Shown in pieces: positions 25,292-38,422 of a stretch of DNA of 64,000 bases. The stretch spans positions 30,258,001 through 30,322,000 of the forward strand of contig NC_058383.1 in assembly GCF_018350175.1 (NCBI RefSeq), in the 5' to 3' direction. Both the position numbers and the translations under genes were made by a program. Position 1 is the stretch's first letter, and each line of letters begins with the position of its first letter. The notes under the pieces are model-generated. The model made no database searches and had not been told where the DNA came from. It saw nothing but the letters and a program-made list of their open reading frames with translations. The DNA is from Felis catus. Lineage: Eukaryota.

Positions 25292-26198
25292 GTCCAGACT
25301 TTACCTGAGACTGACACCCCCATCCGTGTGAGACTCCTTCATCTTACCTATTTGTTCCCCTCACAACCTGAGAGGGGTGTGCGTGTGTGTGTGTGTGGGG
25401 GGGTGTTGAAGAGCACTCCCTCAGAGTATTATACACCTGAACCCCCTTCTCTGAAGTTCTGCTTCTAGACAAGTCAACCCATGACTTCTTTACACGTTAT
25501 ACCCCATGACGTATATAGAATGCTTGCCTTTAGAAACCAATAAACCCAAATGGAAAGAGGCAGGGATACCACAGCTGAGACACAGAGATAAGAACATTTT
25601 TATCACTGCACAAGCACACAACCCCAAATGCGTAATGGGGATGTGACCAAACATATGCCACGTCGCCCAGCCTCTGCTGGCATGTGAGAAAGTGGGTGTA
25701 TCCTTCTGCCATAATAGCATTTTGGCTGCGATTCAGCTGGGTCCAGAAGGCTCAAGATAACAAAATAATGGAAATAGAGCTGCATAAGGCCTAGCGTTTG
25801 TTATGGTGTGGACCCCGAGATCGTCTGACATTTTCCTCTCCAGAGCCACCTGCTAGGGAGGTCAACTTCATCTCGGCACGTCAGGCCAGACATGTTTTGT
25901 GCCCAAATGCTGGTCTGGTGGGAGCACTTACTATAAACTCTCAATGTTTGCTGTTTTGGGGGGGGGGGAGCGGCTCACACTGTATCTTTTTTAATGGACA
26001 GCTACTATTTTTGTGTCTTCAGAACCTCCACTTCTTTCTACATCCTGCTTCATCTGAATTTGGGTCATGTGATGAGCTGCCAATTACGGTGACTGTCTTA
26101 GTCTGGGTTTTCCCAGAAGTCACTGAAATAAGGATCCAAGTATGAGCATATCTGGGGGGGGCGGTGCTCTCAGGAACACTGTAGAAAAGGAGTAAGGG

Positions 26199-27600
26199 TG
26201 GCACAAAAACAGACACTCAGATCAATGGAACAGAAGAGAGGACCCAGAAATGGACTCACAAACGTATGGACAACTAATCTTTGACAAAGCAGGAAAGAAT
26301 ATCCAATGAAATAAAGACAGTCTTTGTAGCAAGTGGTGCTGGGAACACTGAACTGCGACATGCAGAAGAATGAACCTGACCACTTTCTTACACCACACAC
26401 AAAAATAAACTCAAAATGGATGAAAGACCTAAATGTAAGACATTAAGCCATCTGAATCCTCGAGGAGAAAGCAGGCAAAAACCTCTCTGACCTTGGCTGC
26501 AGCAACTTCTTACTCAACATGTCTCTGGAGGCAAGGGAAACAAAAGCAAAAATGAGCTACTGGGACCTCATCAAAATAAAATATTCTGCACAGCAAAGGA
26601 AACAATCAGCAAAACTGAAAGGCAACCAACAGAATGGGAGAAGATAATTGCAAACGACATATCAGATAAAGGGCTAGTAACCAAAATCTCTCAAGAACTT
26701 ATCAAAATCAACACCCAAAAAACAAACAATCCAGTGAAGAAATGGGCAGAAGACATGAACAGACATTTTTCCAAAGAAGACATCCAGATGGCCAACTGAC
26801 ATATGAAAAGATGCTCAACCTCACTCATCACCAGGGAAACACAAATCAAAACCACAATGAGATACCTCCTCACACCTGTCAGAACAGCTAACGTTAACAA
26901 CTCAGGCAACAACACATGTTGGTGAGGATGTGGAGAAAGATGATCTCTTTTGCATTGTTGGTGGAATGCAAACCGGTGCAGCCACTCTGGAAAACAGTAT
27001 GGAGGTTCCTCAAAAAATTAAAAATAGAACTACCCTATGACCCAGCAATTACACTACTAGGAATTCATCCCAGGGATACAGGTATGCTGTTTCGAAGGGA
27101 CACATGCACCCCTATGTTTATAGCAGCACTATCTACAATAGGCAAAGTATGTAAAGAGCCCAAATATACATCAACGGATGAATGGATAAAGAAGATGTGG
27201 TATATACATACCATGGAGTATTACTTGGCGATCAAAAAAAATGAATTCTTGCCAATTGCAACAACATGAATGGAACTAGAGGGTATTATGCTAAGCAAAA
27301 TTAGTCATAGAAAGACAAAAATCATATGACTTGACTCATATGAGGTCTTTAAGAGACAGAACAGATGAACATAAGGAAAGGGGGAAGTTTTTTTAAAAAA
27401 AGGAGGGGGACAAAACAGAAGAGACTCATAAATATGGAGAACAAAGAGGGTAACTGGAGGGGGTGTGGGGGGGGATGGGCTAAATGGGTAAGGGGCATTA
27501 AGGAAACTACCCCTGAAATCGTTGTTGCACTTTATGCTAACTAACTTGGATATAAATTAAAAAAATGAAATAAAATAAAGAAAAAAAGAAAAAAAAAAAA
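26199..27600 (+). mobile_element. 5'-truncated felid/carnivore L1 (about 1.4 kb), inserted into an older ERVL-type LTR (about 26094-27850)
   Basis: Perfect 16-bp TSD agaaaaggagtaaggg at 26183-26198 and 27601-27616. ORF2 C-terminal peptide [25 protein letters not shown]...CTPMFIAAL. Upstream ORF2 is disrupted. Confidence 0.97.
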
Positions 27601-28201
27601 AGAAAAGGAGTAAGGGAGCAAGACAGGGATGGGAAAACAGACGAAGAGCACAATGCCAAGCAAGGGGCAATTCTAGTGAACTGGAATTTAATCCCACTTT
27701 GGAATGCTGGTAAATGATGTGGAATGCCTGTCTGATAATTCTATCATTAAGCAAGCCCCTTAGTATTTATATACCAATTCCCATGAGTCATCAGTTGAGG
27801 GCTGCTTCTGGAAGACAGCAATGCCTCAGCATTTGCAACCCACCATATTCATGGTCAGAGTGTGCTCTAGCAGGCAAAAAAACTCTTATTCAGACATGTA
27901 AGGGCTGGCAGTTGGATATCAGGCCAGTAACTCTCACTTCTGGCCACAGAAGTGAGCATGTGATCAAATCTGACAAATCACAATACCTCCTTCTTCCCAC
28001 AGTGATTGGGCCAGAAGCAGGCACGTGATCTAGCCTGGACCAATCAGAATACTTCCCTGAATTTTTCTATTTGGAACCTTTGGATTCAAAAATCCAGGAA
28101 GCCATGGATTCGAGTTTGAACCTACCAAGTGGAGAATCTCTTTATTGTGAAGGAATAAGGACAACAGGAGGGAAGCAGTGAAGATAGGGAAGGCCCTCCC
28201 C

Positions 28202-28404
28202 TTTTTTTATGTTTATTCTTGAGAAAGAGAGAGAACACACACAAGCACGGAGGGGGGGTGCAGAGAGAGAAGGAGACACAGAATCTGAAGCGAGCTCCAG
28301 GCTATGAACTATCAGCACAGAGCCCGACACGGGGCTCAAACTCATGAACTGTGAGATCACGACCTGAAGTCGATGCTTAACCGACTGAGCCACCCAGATG
28401 CCCC
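28202..28404 (-). mobile_element. CanSINE (SINEC)
   Basis: Reverse-complement SINEC. Confidence 0.93.
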
Positions 28405-29190
28405 AGGGAAGCCTCTTTCTAATAAGCTAGTATGCTTTGGGGTATATCTCTTGCACTGTATAGTTTGGACTAGTGTAGCTGTCTGGATTTCCTCTGGGAA
28501 ATGGAACCAACCAGAGGGGAATTTGCCCATGTGGATATAAAGCAAGGCCTGGGGATTTTGTTAAGATGATAAAGGCATTGTTCCTGGGTATTCTACAGAA
28601 ATATAGTAGGAATTTCGAACCGCAAGTGGCCTTACTAGTACATAGAGAATGCCCAAAGCTATTCATAAGCTAATTAACTAATGTCTTTATGGTGGTCGTC
28701 TTTTTTTTTTTTTTAACCCCTGGAAGTAGATCCCAAACATGAACCTGTGTAGTTAAAGAGCTGGCCTCTCCCCAGCCCACTGTCCAGTGGGCCCTTTCTC
28801 CCATCTCCTTGCTCCCTTGGTTCTAGATCCCACCCACTATGCTCAACTTCTGTTCCCAGGCCTGCCAGGAGAGATGCAAAACATGTCGTTAAAGGAAAAA
28901 AAATCTGTAGAGATGTTCCTCATCACTTGCGACAGCCTTTTATGTTATCCAACAGAATATTTAACATGCCATTATAAAGTATTTGCTGCTGGATGATATC
29001 TCCCAAGTCCTGAGCTACCTCAAGGACAGTGAGTAGTTACTTAATGTAAGTGGGCATGACCGAGATGGCCCACCAAAGGGATCCCTCACCAGCCCAAAGT
29101 CACATTCCTGCTATCCCATGTAGAACCCTGGGAAGACGGCCATTTTGTGCCTGCTTCCAGGCATCAAATATTCAGAAATAGTGAAATCTA

Positions 29191-29379
29191 GGGGGCGCCG
29201 GGGTGGCTCAGTTGGTTATGCATCTGACTTCAGCTCAAGTCACAATCTCCTCATGGTCCGTCCTTGAGTTCAAGCCCCGCATCAGGCTCTGTGCTGACAG
29301 CTTGGAGTCTGGAGCCTTCTTCAGATTCTGTGTCTCCCTCTCTCTCTGGCCCTTTGATCGCACCCCCCTCACTTGCATT

Positions 29380-29435
<56 letters not shown>

Positions 29436-29437
29436 AA

Positions 29438-29484
<47 letters not shown>

Positions 29485-29589
29485 ACCAACCAACCAACCA
29501 ACCAACCAACCAACCAACCAACCAACCAATAAATAAATAAATCAACCAACCAACCAACCAACCAACCAACATAAAAAAAAAAAAAAAAA
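29191..29589 (+). mobile_element. CanSINE with expanded (CT)n and a compound (AAAT)n/(AACC)n tail
   Basis: Head at 29191; microsatellites seen at about 29383-29589. Confidence 0.93.
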
Positions 29590-29977
29590 GGCACATACTT
29601 AAAAAAAAGAAAAGAAATCTGGTCTCGGGGCAGCAACGAAAAATTATTAAATGCAGGTGTGACTGGAATTTTTTTTTTAAATGTTATTTTCATTTTACTA
29701 AACAGGAAGATGGAAAAGAGTTGGCCACCCAGGTTCCCTGGGAGTTTTCTACAAATATATCCAGCTAAGGAGGAGATACCTAAGTGTAGATGCGAAGGAA
29801 GCCCAGTTTGGCATCCAACCAAAATAGAACAATAGGGTGAGGGAAGCACAAAGAGTGAGATCTGGGTTATAATCTGCAAATCCTGTCCTTGCCAAGAGAG
29901 AGAAGAAAAATAAAAGACATAGATACATAGACAGATAGACAGAATGTAGGTATACATGTATATGCATATGTATGCGC

Positions 29978-30179
29978 TTTTTAAATATTCATTTATTTTG
30001 AGAAAGAGATGGCGGGGGTGGGGGGGCATGGAGGGGCAGAGAGAGAGGGAGAGAGAGAGAATTCCAAGCAGGCTCTGTGCTGAGATCGACATGGGGCTTG
30101 ATCTCATGAACTGTGGGATCATGACCTGAGCTGAAATCAAGAGTCAGATACCTAACTGACCAAGCTACCCAGGTGCCCC
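29978..30179 (-). mobile_element. CanSINE (SINEC)
   Basis: Reverse-complement SINEC. Confidence 0.92.
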
Positions 30180-31046
30180 ATACATATGTATGTATTTTAT
30201 GTATGTAGGTATATGTACACATACATATATATTACTTATGATATATATGTTGTTTGATATGTCTCATTTGATTTGCATAGTCATGACCATAGAGATAATC
30301 CAGTTGAACCAACTCTGTCTTGCTCTCAGCCGGATGGTTTCTCTTATAGACCAACTTTGGCCCCAGAGATACCGTTCTAAGTACTTCATACCCCGTGCCG
30401 TAAGAAAAACTCTTTGCCGCATTACAGTTTTGCAACTCATCCTGACCCTTATAAATAGCCAACGAGAACTTTCTGTTCTGGGATGCTGTTTTCAGTCAAG
30501 ACCCTCGGTCAACAAACAAGAAGCTGATGATGTCCCTGTGCTCTCCTTCCTGAGACAGAAGAGGGGCCTCATGCGTTAAACAACCATTTTCAAAGAAGGG
30601 TAAGATAGAGCTACTCTAATTGGAAACCTCTGGCTGACTTGCCCCCAGGTAACCGCTGTGGAAATACCATTATACGTGGTATATCTTAGCCACTAAACAG
30701 AAAGGAGATAGATGTCATTCAGACAGGGTCAGTTAAGGTAAAAACGCTCCGCGGCAAATGCTGGGATGATGCTGTGGGTTTCTCAGTGTAGAACAGACAA
30801 ATAACAACTATCAGAAACTGGACCAATGTGGCTCCTATTGGAAGCAAAGCGACAAAAGCCAGTCTTTCATGGCACATCACAAGGAAACAGCTGAGAAAGG
30901 CACAAGACAGTCAAATGGTGTTGTTTTGTGGAGCATGCATTATATGCCAGTCATTGGTAAAGAATTTCTCATGCACTTTAATTCCCATATCAACCCTAAG
31001 AGGTAGAGAACTGCAGACAAAATATCTTTTAAAATAAGGTTTTCGA

Positions 31047-31280
31047 GGCGTGCCTGGGTGGCTCGGTCGGTTAAAAGTCCAACTTCAGCTCAGGTCAGGA
31101 TCTTACGGTTCGTGAGTTCAAGCCCCGCATCAGGCTCTGTGCTGCCAGCTCAGAGCCTGGAGCCTGCTTCGGATTCTGTGTCTCCCTCTCTCTCTCTCTC
31201 TAACCCTTCCCTGCTCATTCTCTCTCTGTCTCTCTCTGTCTCTTCCTCTCTCTCAAATAAATGTTTGAAAAGTTAAAAAA
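31047..31280 (+). mobile_element. CanSINE (SINEC)
   Basis: Typical body; TSD aaaataa(g/a)gtttt. Confidence 0.93.
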
Positions 31281-31289
31281 AAATAAAGT

Positions 31290-32690
31290 TTTTGTTGTAG
31301 AACAATCTTAAGAATTATAAAACTATTGCAGAGATGGCATCAGGAGGTCCCACATAGACCCCCAGATCCAGTTTCCCCTGATAGTAACAGCGCGTGTCGT
31401 GTAGCGCATGTGTTACAAATAATGAACCAATGTGATAAATTACCATCAACACAAGTCCACACTTTCTTCATATGTCCTCAGTTTTTACCTAATGTCCTTT
31501 TTCTGTTCCAGAATCTCATCCAATTACCACATTAAAGTGAGTCCCTCATGTTTCCTTAGGTATCTCGTGGTGGTTAGTCTCTTTGACTTTCCTTGTTTTT
31601 GATGACTGTGACAGTTTTGAGGAGTACCAGCCAGGTATTTTGTAGAATGGCCCTTGAGAGGAATCTGTCTGATGCTTTTCTCATGACCAGACTGAGGCTG
31701 TGGGTTTGGGGGAAGTGGGCTGTGGGTTTGGGGGAAGGGAACTGTAGAGATAAAGTGACATTCTCATCATAACCTATCAAGGATACATACTATGATGCCT
31801 TACCACTGTTGATGTTAACCTTGATCACCTGCCCGAGGTAGCATCCATCAAGCTTGTCCACTGTAAAGTTGTTCTACTTTTTTCTTTTTCCATGCTATCC
31901 TCTATAAGCCACTTTGCACAACCCACATTTCAGGAGTGGGGAGTTACATTCGACCTCCTCGAGTAAAGAGTATCTACATAAATTATTTAGAATTCTTCAA
32001 TGTAGGAGATTTGTCTCTTTTCCCACACTTGATTATTCAACCATTTATTTATATCAGTGTGGACACATAGATATATATGTTATTACTTTGGGTTATAAAC
32101 CAATACCATGTTGTTTTTTGCTGAAACTGTTCCAGGTCCAGTCATTGGAAACTCTTTCAGTTGGCTCCTGTGTCTCCTTTTTCAGACCCCCACCCCCTGC
32201 TCTCTAGCAATATGAGATGCTCCACGTTCATCTTGTATATTCCCTGTCTAGGGCTAGAATCAGCCATCTCTCCAAGGAGCCCTGGTTCTTTCCATTGTAG
32301 AATGGTGTTAGCAACCAAGATCTGGGTGCTTCTGGTCTCTCTTTCTATCTCTCTGCGGACAGAGTAAGGAAAACTATGTGTATGTCCTAACTCATATACT
32401 CCGGGATGTACAAATATTTATATATGTAACCATCTGTATCTACCTTAAGCCAAACACATTCATCCTGCTCTCTCCAGCTCTAATCCATGATCCATGGATC
32501 ATTCTAGGCTCCTCCCCTTGTTTATTTGTAATCTTTCACCCCAACAATGAGAAACATGGCTCCCATCATCCGCCATCCATTGACTGAGTTGTTAAGTCCA
32601 ATATCCATGTCTAGCAATACCAGAATCATTATCCCATATCCCCATGGGAAACAACCTTATCAACTACAGCACAGTCTAAAGACAATGGAT
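31290..32690 (-). mobile_element. L1MC-type 3'UTR fragment
   Basis: cagttttgaggagtaccagccaggtattttgtagaatg; tagaatcagccatctctccaaggagccctggttc. Confidence 0.75.
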
Positions 32691-33239
32691 TTTTCAAGTT
32701 ATTAAAGTGTTTTTCTCTTTTTGTCTTCCTAAGAGCATCATGGCCCATGGCATCCACATGCCTGGGTAATGCTGGGGAATTGGGATTTATTACAGAAGGA
32801 CCACAAAGAAAAATAATCATTATGGATGGCATCAATCAATGATGGAGATCGTGAAGACACACTTACATACATGATACGCACAGAGGTGTTATTAGGTACG
32901 AGGCACTATCCTGTATACAAACTAATCCAGTCATTCCAAGAATCTCTGTGAGATACTATTATTAACCCCATTTTGCAGAGGAGGAAACCAAGACAGAGAG
33001 AGGCTTTGTAACTTGCCCAAAGTTATACCATTTATATATAGCAGAGCTATGCTGTGTTCCTGGCCATCTGCCTCTAGAATCTGCGTTCTTGACCACTTCC
33101 TTTTGGCTTTAAGGGAGTTAAATTCAAATGTTTGACATTCGAAAAATTATTTTGTAGCCAGACAACAATACAATTTTAAGTCATGTGACTGACTTTGGAA
33201 AGTGGTAGGTTTTTATTCCTTTCTCACCACTCTTTGTTT

Positions 33240-33905
33240 TTCTTTCTTTCTTTCTTTTTTTTTTTTTTTTTTTAGTTTTTAAAGTTTTATTTTGAATTCC
33301 GGACAGTTGATGTATAGTAGTTTCAGGTGTGCAATACAGTGATTCAACCCTTCCATATATCACCCAATGCCCATCACAAGTGCACTCCTTAATCCCTGTG
33401 ACCTGTTTCACCCATCCCCCTAGACACTGTCCCTCTGGTAACCATCAGTTTGTACTCTATGGTTAAGACTCTGTTTCTTGGTTTGGCTCTCTCTTTCTCT
33501 TTTTTCCCCTGCCTTTGATTGTTTTTGTTGGTTTCTTAAATGCCACATATGAGTGAAATCATATGGCATTTGTCTTTCTCTAGGCTAACTTACTTCATTT
33601 AGCATAATATACTCTAGGTCCATTTATATTGTCATAAATGGCAAGATTTCATTCTTTCTAATGGCTGAATAATATCCCATTACACACATTCACACACCTC
33701 ACTTCTTTTTTTATCCATTCATCTATCAATGGGCACTTGGGCTGCTTCCATAATTTGGGCACTGTAAATAATGCTGCAATAAACATAGGGGACCATGTAT
33801 GCCTGTAAATCAGTGTATCCCTTTGAAATAGCCAATAGTGCAATTATTGGATTGTAGGGTAGTTCTATGTCTAACATTTTGAGGAACTTCCATACCTTTC
33901 TCTCT
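33240..33905 (-). mobile_element. Carnivore L1 3' end
   Basis: Poly-T, then ccacatatgagtgaaatcatatgg...ggcaagatttcattctt; peptide PMFIAALFTVPKLWKQPKCP. Confidence 0.9.
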
Positions 33906-34730
33906 GCTTTTCAGCATACGGAGGGCTGGACTTGGTAGACAAGACCACAGAGTTTTTGTCAAGGGTAGACCAGGGAAGAAATGGGATAGGAAGCCTGCCT
34001 TCTCTTATTCTAGGGAATCGAGAAAATGAAAAGGAGAGAGAGAGAGAGAGATGAAAGAATGTCACTCAACTTTCTCTCTTTGGTCTTCAGACCCAGGTTG
34101 GGATGGAGAATGATGGATGAGGAAAATGCTGACGGCAGGGATCTCTTGTCTCACTCTGGGAGGAGCTCACAGGGAAGAAGCGCTAAGCTGTCAGGGGGTA
34201 GCTGAGCCAGTTAAGAAATGGAGTGGTATGATCTGACTACCAGATGCCTAAATTGACCTTCCTCAATGACCCTCATATCCCATAGTGCTTGAGGGCAGGA
34301 ATCCCGCCAGAGAACCTCTCATTGTAGGGCAGGGAGGTTCCATACATAGAGCGTTTCCTTCCACTTGATTCTACTTTCCTTTCTCTCCCAAGCAAGACAG
34401 TTAGCACGGGCCAACTCAGACAGAAGTCACACACCCACAAAGGCCAAATAGAAAAGCACGTTAACCACATAAAAAACAGATTTCTCTGCCTATCACAATC
34501 CTGTTTTACATACAAGGAAATCGAAGCCCAGAGAGATTGAGGTGCTTGCCCAGAGTCACACAGTATGTTAGTAACTATCAGGATTTGATCCCAGCTTTGT
34601 CAGATGGTGGAACAGGTGTTTCCTCCATTAAGTTAGGCTGCCCCTAGCCAGGAGTAGAAGAAACTAGTGTCTCAGCATGGAGCCTCCTCTATGGGGAGAG
34701 ACTCTTGGGTCTTAAGTGTCTTCCCTCTTT

Positions 34731-34940
34731 TTTAAAGAAAAAAATTTTAACATTTATCTATTTTTGAGAGACAGAGCATAAGAGGGGGGGATGCAGAGAG
34801 AGGGAGACACAGAATCCAAAATAGGCTCCAGGCTCTGAGTTCTCAGAACAGAGCCCAACGCAGGGCTTGAACCCATTAACTGTGAGATCATTACCTTAAA
34901 TGAAGTCGGACGATTAACCAACTGAGCTACCCAGGCATCA
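34731..34940 (-). mobile_element. CanSINE (SINEC)
   Basis: TSD aagt(g/a)tcttccctctt. Confidence 0.93.
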
Positions 34941-36482
34941 CAAGTATCTTCCCTCTTATAAAATTTCCCACTCAGGCCCGTAAACCACTAGCCAGATCTT
35001 GGGTCTTTTTGCCTCCCTTTCACCCAAAGAATGGAACTTGTGTTATACCCAAGGAGTGAGCAGGCCTCCCCACCCCCTGCCCATCCTGAGAATCCCTTAC
35101 TGCCTTGTGGAATATGCCTGTGCTCTGACCTCTCCAACTTGCTCACCCATCCATCCCTCCTCATATATTTGAGTGTCGGCGGTGGGCCAGGCATTGAACT
35201 TGACAGACAAGTCCTAGCTCTTGTACCACTTACTAAATAGAGGAACTAATTAGGGAAACATTTCCCAAGGTTTTTAAACACCCATGAGGTTGCCTGGCCT
35301 GCGAGGCCATGTTGGTCCTGACCGGCATTGTACTTCAGATGAACCCCATGCTCCCCAACACATTCTCTGTGCCTCCTCATAATGACTCAACATAATGAAA
35401 AAGGAATGGAATTCTGACTCAGTCAGCTCTGGGCTCAAATTCTGGCTCTTCCCTTTCCCAATAGCATCACTGGGTATGTTATCATGCCTGTCTGAGCCTC
35501 AGTCTTCTCAGCTCTATAATAGGGACATAAAAGCATCCTCTTGGGCGTGGGGAACTTCATGGAGACGGCATGTACACAATCCTCAGCAATGCCCCTGAAA
35601 TAGAGTAACCATCCCACATATTCTAGTCAAAGCTTTATTGCCTCCAATTGTCCAGTAAACAAAGAAAACATGATGGGGGTGGCCACAGAAAGAGAGTGGC
35701 CCTCTCTCAACTCAGGATTCCTGGACATGTTCCCGATCATTCAGTTGACTTGGAAAAGGACAAATGAGAGAGAATAGGCAAGAGATGTTCCTGTGGGGGG
35801 CCAGTTGCACCGGTAATTCTCTTAACAACAACAAAAAAAGAGAATGCATGTTCAGAAATCATAGCAGAGCTCTGGCTTTTAGCTCTGTTTTCCTTTCTAT
35901 CATTCCCAAACCTTTACGCCCAGTATCCTTTTAAAGAGAAAAACCCGAAAATTATAGTTTGAAACACCATGTGGATTTTTCTATGGCCATAAGCAAGCAA
36001 AAAAAAAAAAATCAAATCAAATCCAACTCAAAATTACCCCGAATTTGCCAAAAAAGAACATAGCAGGCGAGCCTCTCACCAGAAAAGGTTTATGTAGAAC
36101 GAGAATTAAATCCATCTTATTGAAATTTGGTGGCAGAGAGACCAGCAGGGATTTGCAATGGAGGGAAAAAAATGCACATATATCATTGTAAAACCTTTGG
36201 TAAATGAGGCATTTGTGGTGCCCATGGGTTTATAACTCTTAGCATGCAAAACATTTTTTTCTTATTTTGACCATTTATGATGGGACTATTTTAAAAGTGG
36301 AGTTGTTAAATATTTGTTTAATGTTCCTTTTGCCAGTTTTTATGCAGGCCCTGGCGGGGGAGGGGGCAGCAGATATTCATTTCAAATCTCAGGTTGTGCC
36401 CCAAGGAGATGACAGTCTAGGATAGGAGGCAGAACAAGAACAACGCAAGGGACGCAGAGGACCGTTAAGACCAGCATGGTTA

Positions 36483-36683
36483 GGTGCGCCTGGGTCACTC
36501 AGCTGGTTGAGCATCTGAGTCTTGATTTCAGCTCAGGTCATGATCTCAGGGTTTGGGAGATCACCCCCCATGTAGGGCTCTGTGCTGACAGTGTGGAGCC
36601 TGCTTGGGATTCTCTCTCTCTGCCCCTCCCCTGCTCTCTCTCTTTACATATATAATTATATAAATATAATAAATAAACTTTAT

Positions 36684-36746
<63 letters not shown>

Positions 36747-36757
36747 TATATATGCAT
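36483..36757 (+). mobile_element. CanSINE with (CA)n/(TA)n tail expansion
   Basis: TSD aagaccagcatggt / aagactagtatggt. Confidence 0.9.
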
Positions 36758-37331
36758 AAAGACTAGTATGGTCTTTATAGACCAGTACAGTGCCATAATA
36801 CAGCAAAACACAGAGTCCAAGGGACAGGGTACCTCGCTCAGTTTTAGAAGGAAGAAGACCTTCATCTACACTTTGAGAAAGAGAGATTGTCAAAGAAAGT
36901 AACTAGAGGACCATGCTGGAAATAGCATCAGGAGCACATTCTAGAAACTACCATTTATTGGTATTGCTTCTGCAATGGGACATCTCCAAGGTGGCTTAAC
37001 TCACCACCAATAGCTTAGCATCATTATAATATCAATGGCTGCTTATGTGAACAGCAGCCATTCCCCAAGGTCAATTTCATGAGCCCATCTAATGGTGTAT
37101 ATGCCCCTTCCTTCAATAGCCCAGGGAGCCGTAGTTGCTTCTTTTCTGCTCCTTGTACTCTTCTCCTCCCCTGGCATCCTTCTCCTCCCAATTCCAACTC
37201 TATTTAGTACTTTTCTTTTCCCTTCCATCATGGCTAGTCTTTGACCAGCTGCATGGTGAGCTGCAGCCTGTCCTCTTGGACTTCATTATTTCTAGTCCAA
37301 ATGTGTTGTGGGATTAGAAACTAATCCCAAA

Positions 37332-37768
37332 GGGTGCCTGGGTGGCTCAGTTGACCTGGTTTCAACTCAGGTCATGATTTCATGGTTCGTGAGATGGAGC
37401 CCCATGCTGGGCTCCACACTGAGCATGGAATCTGCTTGGGATTCTCTCTCTCTGCCCCTCCCCTGCTTGTGCTCGCTCTCGTTCTCGCTCTCTCTCTGTC
37501 TCCCTCTCAAAAATAAATAAATAAGCATTAAAAAACAAAAGAAACTAGAGGGGCATCTGGGTGCCTCAGTTGGTTAAGTTCCGCCTTTGGCTCAGGTCAT
37601 GATCTCACAGTTTGTAGGTTTGAGCCCCCTGTCGGGCTCTGTGCTGACAGCTCAGAGCCTGGAGTCTTCTTCAGATTCTGTGTCTCCCTCTCTCTCTCTG
37701 CCCCTCCCCCACTCACCCTCTGTCTCTCTCTCAAAAATGAATAAACATTTTAAAAAATTAAAAAAAAG
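37332..37768 (+). mobile_element. Two tandem CanSINEs (37332-37537 and 37550-37768)
   Basis: Two heads and two tails; agaaacta recurs before, between and after them. Confidence 0.92.
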
Positions 37769-37964
37769 AGAGAAACTAGATACCCAAGCTTGTTAGAATG
37801 GATGGTAAAATAACACCCGTACGTAAAGATGCTATTTGCTTCTGCAAAATGCTCTCCTTTTTCCCTACATCTTCCCCAAGGTGACTGTGAATCATCTTTC
37901 CAGGGTCAGCTTATACATCACAGCTTCCAGGGGACCTTCCTGACCCCATCCAATCTTAAATACT

Positions 37965-38422
37965 CCTGCACCTCTCGTCTGCTAGGGCCACCATAACCAC
38001 AGAGTAGGGCTTTAACAAGAAAAATGTAACGTCTTGCGGTTCTAGGGGCTGGAAGTCTAAGTTCAAGGTGTCAGCAAGCCTGGTTCCTTCTGAGGTGATG
38101 ACGGAGGGTCTGTTCTGGGCCTCTTTCCTGGTCTCTGGTGGTTTTCTGGCAATCTTGGGCACTCCTCGGCTTATAGAAGCATCACCCAATATCTGCCTTC
38201 ACCCTTACATAGTGTTCCCCTTGTGTGCATGTCTGTGTCCAAATTCCCCTTTTTTTTTCATAAGGACATCCATTCTATTGAATTGGGGCCCATCCTTCTC
38301 CAGTGTGACCTTAACTAATTCCATCTGCCATGACGCTATCCCCAAATAAGGTCACATCCTGAGGTACTGAGCGTTAGGACTTCAACACTTCAATTTGAGA
38401 GGGGCACAATTCAATGTGTAAC
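37965..38422 (-). mobile_element. MLT1A-C-like solo LTR
   Basis: gttctaggggctggaagtctaagttcaaggtgtcagca...aataaggtcacatcctgaggtactg. Confidence 0.8.

Noticed and set aside
26916..27269. 117-aa ORF as a host gene or an active L1
   Set aside because: It is a fragment of L1 ORF2 in a 5'-truncated, disrupted copy.
29379..30140. Longest ORF (253 aa) and other repetitive ORFs (e.g. 53218-53654, 59343-59744, 36538-36902)
   Set aside because: These are translations of SINEs and microsatellites, giving low-complexity peptides with no coding signature.
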